A DNA stretch of 64,000 nt from contig CP060761.1 in NCBI GenBank assembly GCA_023205875.1, positions 62,001 to 126,000 on the forward strand, read 5' to 3'. Positions 8,073 through 18,800 of this stretch are shown here, piece by piece; position 1 is the stretch's first letter; the number at the start of each line of letters is the position of its first letter. Under the pieces are notes generated by a model. That model ran no database searches. It saw only the letters and a program-made list of their open reading frames with translations, and was not told where the DNA came from. The translations under genes and the position numbers were made by a program. The DNA comes from Chloropicon primus (taxonomy: Eukaryota).

Positions 8073-10811
8073 TCAAGTGATGGCGAGCTCCTTGAGGACG
8101 GACTGCACCCTCTGCGCCTTGAGCTGAGAGGCCTGCCTCTCCGTCTCCAAAGCCTTGAGGAGCTGCCTCATCTCGTCCTCCACCGCCTCGACGTTTTCCT
8201 TGCTGGTCCTGAGCTGGCCCTCCGTCCTCGCAAGCTTTTCTTCCTTGCTCTGGAGCTTGGTCACGAGGTCCTCGATCGCGGACTTGGACGCCTGGAGCTC
8301 CCTGTCCGCCCTGTCCTTTTCCCTTGAGGACTCGGCCACCTTCTGATTCGCTAGTTTACACTCCTCCCTTAACTCCTCCTCCTTGGCCTCGAACATCTTT
8401 TTCAGGTTCTTGATCTCCGCCCTGACGTACTGGAGCATGTCGTCCTTCTCCTTGTTCTTCTCGCAAGTCTCCTGGAGCTCCTGCTCCAGCCGCGTCGCCT
8501 GGTCCTTGTGGCGGCTAACCACTTGGTCCTGGAGATTGAGCTCCTCGTTCAGGGAGTCCATCGTGTTCTTCATTTGCTCCAGGGCGTGAGAGTGGGACTC
8601 TATGATGACCGTCTTGTCGTCCTGCTCCCTCTTGATCGCCCGCCCCAGCTCCTCGATGCTCTTGTTGCGGTCCTCGAGCAGGGTGTCCTTCAGCTTGATG
8701 ACCTGGCCCAGAGCGTTGATCTCGTCCTGGAGGTGCTGCAGCTTGCTCTCCTGTGCGAGAGCCTGCTTCAAGGTCGCCTCGGCCCTCTGCAGCTCCTCCC
8801 GGCTCACGATTTTGCTGTTCTCAGCCTCCTGGACAGCCTTGGCCGACTTCATGAGCAAGTCGGAGCACTGCCTCTCCAAATTCCGTGACTTTGCGCACTC
8901 GTCCTCGTACTTCTTCTCCAAGCTTTCGTGGTTGACGCACAGCTTGTGGTATTTCTTTGACACCGGCATGTACTTGTCGATCTGCTTGACTTGCTTGCTT
9001 ATCAGTTTCCTCAGCTGGTTCTGCTCGGCGTGCGACTGGGCAAGCTGGTTTTGGAGGTTCTCCGAAACCTTGGCAAGGTCCTCCAGCAGGTTCTCACTTT
9101 CGTTCCTCTCCCTGTACGCCTCGTTCACCGCCTTGTTCGCCCTGATCACGGACGCGGAGAGCTTGCTCTTGAGAATGAACAGGTTGTTCAGCTTCTCCTC
9201 GTTAGCGCTGAGGGAATAGTGCACGTCTTTCTTGAGCTGGTTGGTCGAGGACTCCATCCCGTCGAACCAGTTGAACAGCATATCCTTCACCCTCCTCATC
9301 TCCTCCTTTCTGTCCAGGGCCGCCTTTCGCGAGAACTCCTGTCCAAGCTCTTCCCTCAGAGCCGCCTTCTCCTCCCTCACCTTTGCAAGCGTGGCCGTGA
9401 CCTCGTTGACGCTGTCGTTGAGCCTGCTCATCTTCTGCCTGAGTTCCTCGTTCTGCCCCTCCTTCTCGGCGTACTTGCGGCACTGCACCTGCAACGAGGT
9501 CTCCACCTCCTGCAGCTTGTCTTCCAGGGACTTCTCCCTCCTCTCGCTCTCGAACAGCTCCTCCTGAAGTTGAGACCCTTTCTGGGAAACGGAGGCAAAG
9601 TCGCTGAGGTTGTCGTTCAGCTTCTTCATGGTTTCTTGCGTCTCTATCTCCGCCCGATGCCTCAGGGCACGCTCCACTTCAATCTTCCCCGTGAGCTGTT
9701 CAGCGAATTCTTCCAGAGTGCGAAGCTCGTGGACTGCCCTGTTGTACCTGTCGCCCAAGCTCTTGGCCTCCCTGACCCTCTTCCCCTCCTTCTGCTTCAT
9801 TCCAGCCAAGTCGGACGACAGCTTTGCCTCGCTGCTCTTGAACCTCTCCACCTGGCCCCTCAGAACCTGGTTCTCGAGGTCCTTCTCCTGCACGTAGATC
9901 TCCATCTCTTGCTTCAGAACCTTCTCTTGCCTCTCCAGCTGCGCTCTCTGCTGCTCCTTCAAGTTCTGCACGAGCGACCGCAGAGAATCGTAGTCCTGGA
10001 AGCTCGTTCGGAGGGTCTCAATCTGCTCCCCGAGAGTCTTGGCCTCTTTCTCGAGCTTCTCCACGTGGTCCGGATCCCCAGGCGTCTGCGTGGATGACGA
10101 CTCCAGGGTCTTGGCTCCCCAGTGCCCCTCCTCCCGCTCCCGCCTCGAGGTCGTGTCTGCCGAGCCGGCAGCGCCGGGGAGATCAAGCCCCGTCCCAGAC
10201 CCCGCGCCAGCACCGGCCTCCTCCCTGGTCGCCCGCAGGGGGTCGAGCACTTTGACCTGGGGCAGCAGGTGCAGCAAGTCCTTGTAATAGCTCCTGGTTT
10301 TGCACACAGGGTTGGCGAAGCCACCGCTCTCGAGCTCCAGCAGGTTGAGGTTGCCCACCGTTCTCAAAGGCAGGAGGTCTTGGACGGTCGAGATTCTGTT
10401 GTCCTTCAGCCTGACCTCGCAGAGGGAGTTGCGCGAGGCGTCCAGCTCGTAAAAGCCACTGACGTCCGACACGAGGTTGTGAGACAAGTCGAGTGACCTG
10501 AGAGCTGCGAGCCCCTTGAGGCCTTGGACTTTGCTGATCTTGTTACACGCCAGGCTCAAGGTCTTGAGCAACACAAGGGACTCGAAACCCTCCATCACCT
10601 CGATATGGTTCGAGGACAAGTTCAAAGACACGAGCTTCCCCAAGAGCACGAACGATTGTCCCACACTCGTGATGAAGTTCCCGTGCAGGTTTATGGTCGT
10701 TGTGGTGGGTTCCAGGTCGTCTGGAACCGACCGGATCCCGCATGCTATGAGAGAGACTGCGGAGTCCTCGCCCTCGTAGTAATCCTCGTCCTCGCTCTCC
10801 GTACCACTCAT
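8073..10811 (-). CDS. LRRCC1: Leucine-rich repeat and coiled-coil protein, LRRCC1/CLERC/VFL1-like (centriole/basal body)
   Basis: SDS22-type LRRs (LNLSSNHIEVMEG, LSLACNKISKVQGL, LDLSHNLVSDV) with an LRRcap-like NPVC..Y..LPQVKVLD. About 650 aa of coiled coil follows, with IKLKDTLLED and C-terminal VEDEMRQLL. Likely start is MSGTESED at 10811; an upstream in-frame ATG exists at 11030. Confidence 0.7.
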   Translation of the reverse strand: MSGTESEDEDYYEGEDSAVSLIACGIRSVPDDLEPTTTTINLHGNFITSVGQSFVLLGKLVSLNLSSNHIEVMEGFESLVLLKTLSLACNKISKVQGLKGLAALRSLDLSHNLVSDVSGFYELDASRNSLCEVRLKDNRISTVQDLLPLRTVGNLNLLELESGGFANPVCKTRSYYKDLLHLLPQVKVLDPLRATREEAGAGAGSGTGLDLPGAAGSADTTSRREREEGHWGAKTLESSSTQTPGDPDHVEKLEKEAKTLGEQIETLRTSFQDYDSLRSLVQNLKEQQRAQLERQEKVLKQEMEIYVQEKDLENQVLRGQVERFKSSEAKLSSDLAGMKQKEGKRVREAKSLGDRYNRAVHELRTLEEFAEQLTGKIEVERALRHRAEIETQETMKKLNDNLSDFASVSQKGSQLQEELFESERREKSLEDKLQEVETSLQVQCRKYAEKEGQNEELRQKMSRLNDSVNEVTATLAKVREEKAALREELGQEFSRKAALDRKEEMRRVKDMLFNWFDGMESSTNQLKKDVHYSLSANEEKLNNLFILKSKLSASVIRANKAVNEAYRERNESENLLEDLAKVSENLQNQLAQSHAEQNQLRKLISKQVKQIDKYMPVSKKYHKLCVNHESLEKKYEDECAKSRNLERQCSDLLMKSAKAVQEAENSKIVSREELQRAEATLKQALAQESKLQHLQDEINALGQVIKLKDTLLEDRNKSIEELGRAIKREQDDKTVIIESHSHALEQMKNTMDSLNEELNLQDQVVSRHKDQATRLEQELQETCEKNKEKDDMLQYVRAEIKNLKKMFEAKEEELREECKLANQKVAESSREKDRADRELQASKSAIEDLVTKLQSKEEKLARTEGQLRTSKENVEAVEDEMRQLLKALETERQASQLKAQRVQSVLKELAIT

Positions 10812-11182
10812 GGTGCCCGACCCAGGACGCGGAGTAAGTCGAACCCCTCCTCCGGGTCTGCGCCTCTTCCTGGACTGTGGACCCCTTTTGTACGATTTGG
10901 ATGGGTTCGAAAATCCATCCTTTGGAAATTGAAATTTGAAATCCTCCCATCGAGGGACACAGGGTGGGGTGTGCTGGATGGATTGGGGATGGGGATGGGG
11001 AGGCAGAGGGGGGGGGGGGGGCGATGACATGTGGGTTCGCGGACATCATTATATATAGGAATCCACCGTCCGACTTGTTCTCTTTTTTTTTCTTCAGTTA
11101 CTCGTTACTTTTTCCCTTTACTTGCGTTCCAACCACCCGCCCGCGCGGAAGGGGAGGAACGGACCATACCACAAGAGCCTCG

Positions 11183-12118
11183 TCACTTTGGAGCTTTCTT
11201 TTGATCTTTTCCCGTGTATTTCTGAACCAAGCAAGGGAAAGGAAAGGAGGGGCACGCTTGTTAGCCTCTGAAACGATGGTGGCAAGGAGGAGGGTTGAGG
11301 TTGACCGGTAGCTTACCTTCTTTCCGAAGGAGAAGGGCACGTATTTGTGCTTAATCATATGCTTGATCTGCTTCTTCATCGTCACCGTGAAGAGCATGAC
11401 CCAGTACAGCAACAGGACCGGCCAGAAGACAGGCAGGTCGAACATGGGGAAGAACGTCATAGCGAAACCTATCAGGACAGACTTCGTGGCAGCGCGCCTG
11501 AAAACAAAGGAGGAGTCAGAACTCGGCGCAGGGAAGGAAAGAACAGGAGGAGAAGGGGTTGATCGGAGAGAGGTCACCCCCGTCCAACTGCAGGTGCGTT
11601 GTGCCGCGAGAGAATTGGCGCAAGCAAAGTGGAAACGGAAGCGCACTCACCAGAACTTGAACTCAGGCAGCCTCCTGACAAAGGGTTTGAACTCCTGGTC
11701 GCTCTTGGTCGGAAGAGCGGGGCCCTCGGTCTCAGGATCGATCTGAGGCGAGATGAAGCCGATCAGCAGGTTCAGGTTGTAGATGCCCAAACCATAAGTC
11801 ACAATGTAGAAACCTCGAAGAACGAAAACCTATTTGAATAAGACGAGGAGACCGAAAAGAGCGTCGTTTTCGCGTTCGGTCAGCGCAACTGGCACCAAAA
11901 TCCTTTGGCCCGAACGCCCTTGGCTCGGGACTTTTCCTTCTTACCCTCACAAAGTACAAGAAGACCAGAACTGTGAGAGAGATCCACCTCTCGACGGGCT
12001 TAGGCGTGGTCTTGTCCAAGAGAACTTGCAAGCGCTGGTTCAGCTTTGTTTGGAGCACGCGGGCCTTCTGGGCTACCCCACCCTCCTCCGCTCCCAGACC
12101 TTCGTAAAACTTTTGCAT
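11183..12118 (-). CDS. RER1: RER1 Golgi-to-ER retrieval receptor; 4 exons: 12118-11945, 11829-11651, 11497-11317, 11221-11183
   Basis: The spliced product contains [52 protein letters not shown] and [21 protein letters not shown] junctions keep the frame (donors GTAAGA, GTGAGT, GTAAGC). Confidence 0.95.
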
Positions 12119-12848
12119 AATTTATACCCTTCCGAAGCCTCCAAAGCCTGCAACAACTCTCGTTACCCCCTTCCTCTGTCCTCTGTCTCTCTCTCTCTGT
12201 CTGTCTCTCTCTCCGATCCTATGGTCCTGGTCGCCAGACGACGGAGCGGAGCGGTTCGCGTTGTTGGCACTAAGGCGGGGCGCGTCACAGGCCGGTCGCC
12301 GACCTCGTCACGTCCTCCGCGCGCGCCTCTTGTGTCCGTCCTTGCCTTGCTTGAAGAAGCGAGCGAGCGAGCGAGGTCACCTTCTAAAAAAGCGAGGTTT
12401 GATCCTGAGATCTGTGGGGAGCGTGCGTGCGTTGGGAGAGAGAGAGAGAGGGACTGGGACAGGAGAAGCGGAAGGAGAGGGAGAGGATGGGACGGGAGAA
12501 GCGGAAGGAGATTGTTTTGATTAGTTTTTTTTTGTATCCTGTTTCGGTCGCTCTTCCTCCCTTCCGGCTACCCGTATTACACTAAAGAACCAGGCACCTA
12601 TCCTGGTTGGTTTGCAAATTATATAATAAATTAAATTAGTTTTTCTTTCATATCCAAATGGGGGACAGAACGCAAAACCAACAACCGGTCGATGAAGGTT
12701 GAGTCGGCCCCAGGTACCATGCCGAGGCATTTGCAATCTTTATCACAGCGCTGGTGTGTACTTTCCTTTCCCCCGCCACCTTCTATTGAATCGTATCGAT
12801 TCGTGAGCTATCATGATTTTTTCAAGGAGTGAGCCTCCTTGAAGTTGT

Positions 12849-15800
12849 TCAATTTTGAGCAGAGTCTTTTTCGAGGGTCAGACCCCTTCCCTTGTTCATC
12901 TTGAACTTGCCAATGGCCTTCAGCTTGTTTCTGACTGCCAACCATTCTGGTTCGGCAGACTTGGCAGGCTTTTGGCTCGTGGACTTGGATGCCATTCTAG
13001 CAGTCTCAACGTGTCTCAGCTTGGAACGGGCCTGGTTGATGATAGACATGAAGTTGTTCTTGGCATCCATGCTCATCTTTCCGCTCAACAAGGCTCCCTG
13101 TTCGATCTTGTTCAAACTCTGCTTGAGCTGTGCGAGCTTCTCTGCGTTCATTTCTGCACCGGCAGTCTGCACGTTTCCTTCCACTTGAGAATCGACGAGA
13201 TCAGCATTCAAGTCTTGCCAAGTTTGCATCGCAACCTCAAGCATCTCGTTGTCGCCAGAGTGCTCAAGAACACACTCCGATATTTGCTCAAAGGATGCTT
13301 CGAAATCTGCACCAAGCTTTGACATAATCATCTCGAAACTCTCCTCGTGACCAATGTCCTTTCCTCCCGAACTTCCCGGGACCGTGCTGTACAGAGGGTT
13401 GCTGTACGCTGAACCGGATCCCGAGGCGTCGTGAGCGAGCAACTCGGTCTCCGAATCGCTTGCGTTGGGTGAGTCTGGAATTTCCACGTCGTCCGCAGTA
13501 TCAAACAAAGGATTCGACAAGAAAGACATTCTTCCACCAGAGTTCATGGCATTCGACACACCAGCAGTACTCTTCCTAGTCTTCCCAGAGGAAGCAAACA
13601 TAGGATTCATCAAGAGCATGCTTTGGTTCCTTCCCCCAAAGATGTTGGGTTGGTCTTGTCCGAGTGGTTTGTAAATGCTAGAATTCTGTGGCCTGTGTTC
13701 TCCCCTCTTTCTCTTCTGCCTGACGTACACGAAGGCAAGTCCCATCATGCAGCAGACCGCTGCACCGACGATGCCACCGACCATGACCATGGAAACGGAA
13801 GCAGTGGAAACCTCGCCCTCGGCGTCTCCGGTCTCGGACTCGAGCTTTCCGCCTTCCGTCTCCTCGACCTCGGAGGACGTCGTATCGCTTCCGTCGTGCG
13901 ACTGGCCATCTTCAGAGTCTTGTCCCTCGCCATCAGAGTTAGAATCTTCATCATCCGTCACAAGGCCAGACCCATCTGTCGAGTTCGAGGCTGGAGGTGG
14001 TGGCGGCGGCGACAGCTGCTCGCACCCGCTTGTGGTACAAGACTGGAAGTCCTGCGTGTAAGCACACTCCTTTCCGTTGTTTTCAGCTGCGCTGACGATG
14101 TCGTAGTATCTGCATCTAGTGTAGAGATCACTGTCAGAATCCAATTCACATTCACCGTACTCTGACCATTCTCCAACACAGTTGACAGGTTCACCACATC
14201 CATCAGAAGAGCACTTAATTTCATTGTGCTCGAAAGCGCACTTCTTGCCATTGTATCTGTCTTCAGAAATCATTTCAAACCTCTGGCACTGCATGTTCTT
14301 TCCGCTGCTTTCGTCATAAGAGCAAGTTGAGTAATCCTCCCAGACTCCCGCGCAGTCCACTGGCTGAGCGCAACCGTCGTTGGTGCACTGCTGGAAAGCG
14401 TCAACGTGAGGGCAAGCGTAACCATTGTGGGCCACTGGGATAGAGACCTTGTACAACCTGCACTTCTTGTTCTTGTGAGCGTCCTCGTCATACTCGCAAG
14501 CATCGAATTCATCCCAAGATCCAACACAGTCCACGGGCTGAGTGCAACCAGTTTCAGTGCACTGAACATACTCGTTTGCGTATGGGCAAGCATATCCGTT
14601 GTGAGCAGCAGAGCGAGCCACGGCATAGGTGCGGCACCTCTTGTTCTTGTGCTCAGATTCATCATGTTGGCACAATCCGTAATCTTCCCAAGATCCAACA
14701 CAATCCACGGGCTGAGAGCAGCCTCTAGTTGTGCACTGCTTGTAGGCATTGGCGTATGGGCAACCGTAACCGCTGTGAGCGGCATCTGTGCTGACAACAT
14801 AGTTCCTGCACCTCCTGTTCTTGTGATCATTAGAATCATGGAAGCACGCACCATACGATCCCCAGTCGCCAACGCAGTCGACAGGCTGAGAGCAACCCTC
14901 GGTGATGCAATCCACCTTGCCATTCTTGTGTGGGCATTGCTTTCCGTTCAAGTCTGCCTTGGTGGTCACAGCATATGTTCTGCAGCGCTCGTTCTTGTGG
15001 CCCGCAGCAACATGCGAGCAAGCGCCATAGATGGACCACTCTCCCTCGCAGTCCACGGGCTGGCCACAACCACCCTTGGTGCATTGCCTCAAGTTGTCCT
15101 CGTGTGGGCAAGCATAACCATTGTTCATGGCGACCTGGCTCACACCGTACACGCGGCAGCGCTCGTTCTTGTGGTCAGCCTCAACATATCCACAGGCATC
15201 ATAGTTGCCCCAAGATCCAACGCAGTCCACTGGCTGAGCGCAACCGTCGTTGGTGCACTGCTGGAAAGAGTTGGTGTATGGGCAAGCGTGTCCATTGTGG
15301 GCCGCTGGAACTGCGATCTTGTACAACCTGCACTTCTTGTTCTTGTGAGCGTCATCGTCATGCTCGCAAGAATCATACTGATCCCACGCTCCAACACAGT
15401 CCACTGGCTGAGAACAACCAGTGTCAGTGCACTGCTTGTGGTTGTTGTTGTATGGACATGTGTATCCGTTGTGGGCTGCAGAGCGTGTCACGGCATAGGT
15501 GCGGCACCTCTTGTTCTTGTGCTCAGATTCGTCATAATAGCATGTGCCATACTCCTCCCAAGAGCCCAAGCAGTCCACTGGCTGAGAGCAGCCCTCGGTC
15601 GTGCACTGCTTGTAGGCATTGGCGTATGGGCAACCGTAACCGTTGTGAGCACTGCTTGTACTGATGGCGTAGGTTCTGCATCTCTTGTTATGATGATTTT
15701 CGGTGTCATAAAAGCAAGTTGTGTAATCACCCCAGTCGCCAACACAGTCCACAGGCTGAGAGCATCCTGCCTTTGTGCAATCTTCGTGGTCGTGCACGTA

Positions 15801-18800
15801 CTCACACTGCTTGCCATTCTTTTCCGCCTCCACCTTAATGACATACTTCCTGCATTTGAAACTGTCGTGAGATTTTTCTCTGTACGAGCATTGACCATAA
15901 GGACCCCACTCTCCCTCGCAGTCCACGGGCTGGCCACAACCACCCTTGGTGCATTGCCTCAAGTTGTCCTCGTGTGGGCAAGCATAACCGTTGTTCATGG
16001 CGACCTGGCTCACACTGTACACGCGGCAACGCTCGTTCTCGTGACCTTCACCAACATAATGACAGGCATCATAATTGCCCCAAGATCCAACGCAGTCCAC
16101 TGGCTGAGCGCAACCGTCGTTGGTGCACTGCTGGAAAGAGTTGGTGTATGGGCAAGCGTGTCCATTGTGGGCCGCTGGAACTGCGATCTTGTACAACCTG
16201 CACTTCTTGTTCGTATGATCATCGTCGTGATGACCACAGAATGAATACTCATCCCATCCACCAACACAGTCCACGGGCTGAGTGCAACCAGTTTCAGTGC
16301 ACTGCTTGAAATTCTCCGTATATGCGCACTCGTAACCATTGTGAGCAGCAGAGCGTGTCACGGCATAGGTGCGGCACCTCTTGTTCTTGTGCTCAGATTC
16401 ATCATGTTGGCACAATCCGTAATCTTCCCAAGATCCAACGCAGTCCACGGGCTGAGAGCAACCCTCGGTCGTGCACTGCTTGTAGGCGTTGGCGTATGGG
16501 CAACCGAAACCGTTGTGAGCGGCATGGGTAGTGACCGCGTAGTTCCTGCACCTCCTGTTCTTGTGATCATTAGAATCATGGAAGCACGCACCATACGATC
16601 CCCAGTTACCAATGCAGTCGACAGGCTGAGAGCAACCCTCGGTGATGCAATCCACCTTGCCATTCTTGTGTGGGCATTGCTTTCCGTTCAAGTCTGCCTT
16701 GGTGGTCACAGCATATGTTCTGCAGCGCTCGTTCTTGTGGCCCGCAGCAACATGCGAGCAAGCGCCATAGATGGACCACTCTCCCTCGCAGTCCACGGGC
16801 TGGCCACAACCACCCTTGGTGCATTGCCTCAAGTTGTCCTCGTGTGGGCAAGCATAACCATTGTTCATGGCGACCTGGCTCACACTGTACACGCGGCAGC
16901 GCTCGTTCTTGTGGTCAGCCTCAACATATCCACAGGCATCATAGTTGCCCCAAGATCCAACGCAGTCCACTGGCTGAGCGCAACCGTCGTTGGTGCACTG
17001 CTGGAAAGAGTTGGTGTATGGGCAAGCGTGTCCATTGTGGGCCGCTGGAACTGCGATCTTGTACAACCTGCACTTCTTGTTCTTGTGAGCGTCATCGTCA
17101 TGCTCGCAAGAATCATACTGATCCCACGCTCCAACACAGTCCACGGGCTGGGAGCAACCAGTGTCAGTGCACTGCACGTAGCTATCCACATATGGACAAG
17201 AATATCCTCCATGCGCAGATGCCTTTGTAACAGTATAAGTCCTGCACTTCTTGTTCTTATGGTTTTCACCATCATAAAAGCATGTGCCATACTCCTCCCA
17301 AGATCCAACACAATCCACGGGCTGAGAGCAACCCTCGGTCGTGCACTGCTTGTAGGCATTGGCGTATGGGCAACCGAAACCGTTGTGAGCGGCGTTGGTG
17401 CTGACAACATAGTTCCTGCACCTCCTGTTCTTGTGGTCTGCGGTGTCGTGGTAGCACGTTCCGTAAGCGCCCCAGTCGCCAACGCAGTCGACAGGCTGAG
17501 AGCAACCCTCGGTGATGCAATCCACCTTGCCATTCTTGTGTGGGCATTGCTTTCCGTTCAAGTCTGCCTTGGTGGTCACAGCATATGTTCTGCAGCGCTC
17601 GTTCTTGTGGCCCGCAGCAACATGCGAGCAAGCGCCATAGATGGACCACTCTCCCTCGCAGTCCACGGGCTGGCCACAACCACCCTTGGTGCATTGCCTC
17701 AAGTTGTCCTCGTGTGGGCAAGCATAACCATTGTTCATGGCGACCTGGCTCACACCGTACACGCGGCAGCGCTCGTTCTCGTGGTCAGCCTCAACATATC
17801 CACAGGCATCATAGTTGCCCCAAGATCCAACGCAGTCCACTGGCTGAGCGCAACCGTCGTTGGTGCACTGCTGGAAAGAGTTGGTGTATGGGCAAGCGTG
17901 TCCATTGTGGGCCGCTGGGACAGAGACCTTGTACAACCTGCACTTCTTGTTCTTGTGAGTGTCCTTGTCATGCTCGCAAGAATCATACTGATCCCACGCT
18001 CCAACACAGTCCACGGGCTGGGAGCAACCAGCTTCAGTGCATTCCTTCTCATCGTTCTCGTGTGAACATTCAATTCCGTTGTGAGAAGACTCTAAAGAAA
18101 TTTTGTAGAGTCTGCACTTCTTGTTCTTGTGCTCCTCAGACTTGTAGTCACACATATCGTACTCTTCCCAAGCTCCGGCACAATCCACTGGCTGCGAGCA
18201 ACCAGTCAATGTGCATTGAAGAGTGTTGTCAGAATACGCACAAGCAAAACCATTGTGAGCAGCAGAGCGTGTCACGGCATAGGTGCGGCACCTCTTGTTC
18301 TTGTGCTCAGATTCATCATGTTGGCACAATCCGTAATCTTCCCAAGATCCAACGCAGTCCACGGGCTGAGAGCAACCCTCGGTCGTGCACTGCTTGTAGG
18401 CATTGGCATATGGGCAACCGAAACCGTTGTGAGCGGCGTTGGTGCTGACAACATAGTTCCTGCACCTCCTGTTCTTGTGGTCTGCGGTGTCGTGGTAGCA
18501 CGTTCCGTAAGCGCCCCAGTCGCCAACGCAGTCGACAGGCTGAGAGCAACCCTCGGTGATGCAATCCACCTTGCCATTCTTGTATGGGCATTGCTTTCCA
18601 TTCAAGTCTGCCTTGGTGGTCACAGCATATGTTCTGCAGCGCTCGTTCTTGTGGCCCGCAGCAACATGCGAGCAAGCGCCATAGATGGACCACTCTCCCT
18701 CGCAGTCCACGGGCTGGCCACAACCACCCTTGGTGCATTGCTTCAAGTTGTCCTCGTGTGGGCAAGCATAACCATTGTTCATGGCGACCTGGCTCACACC

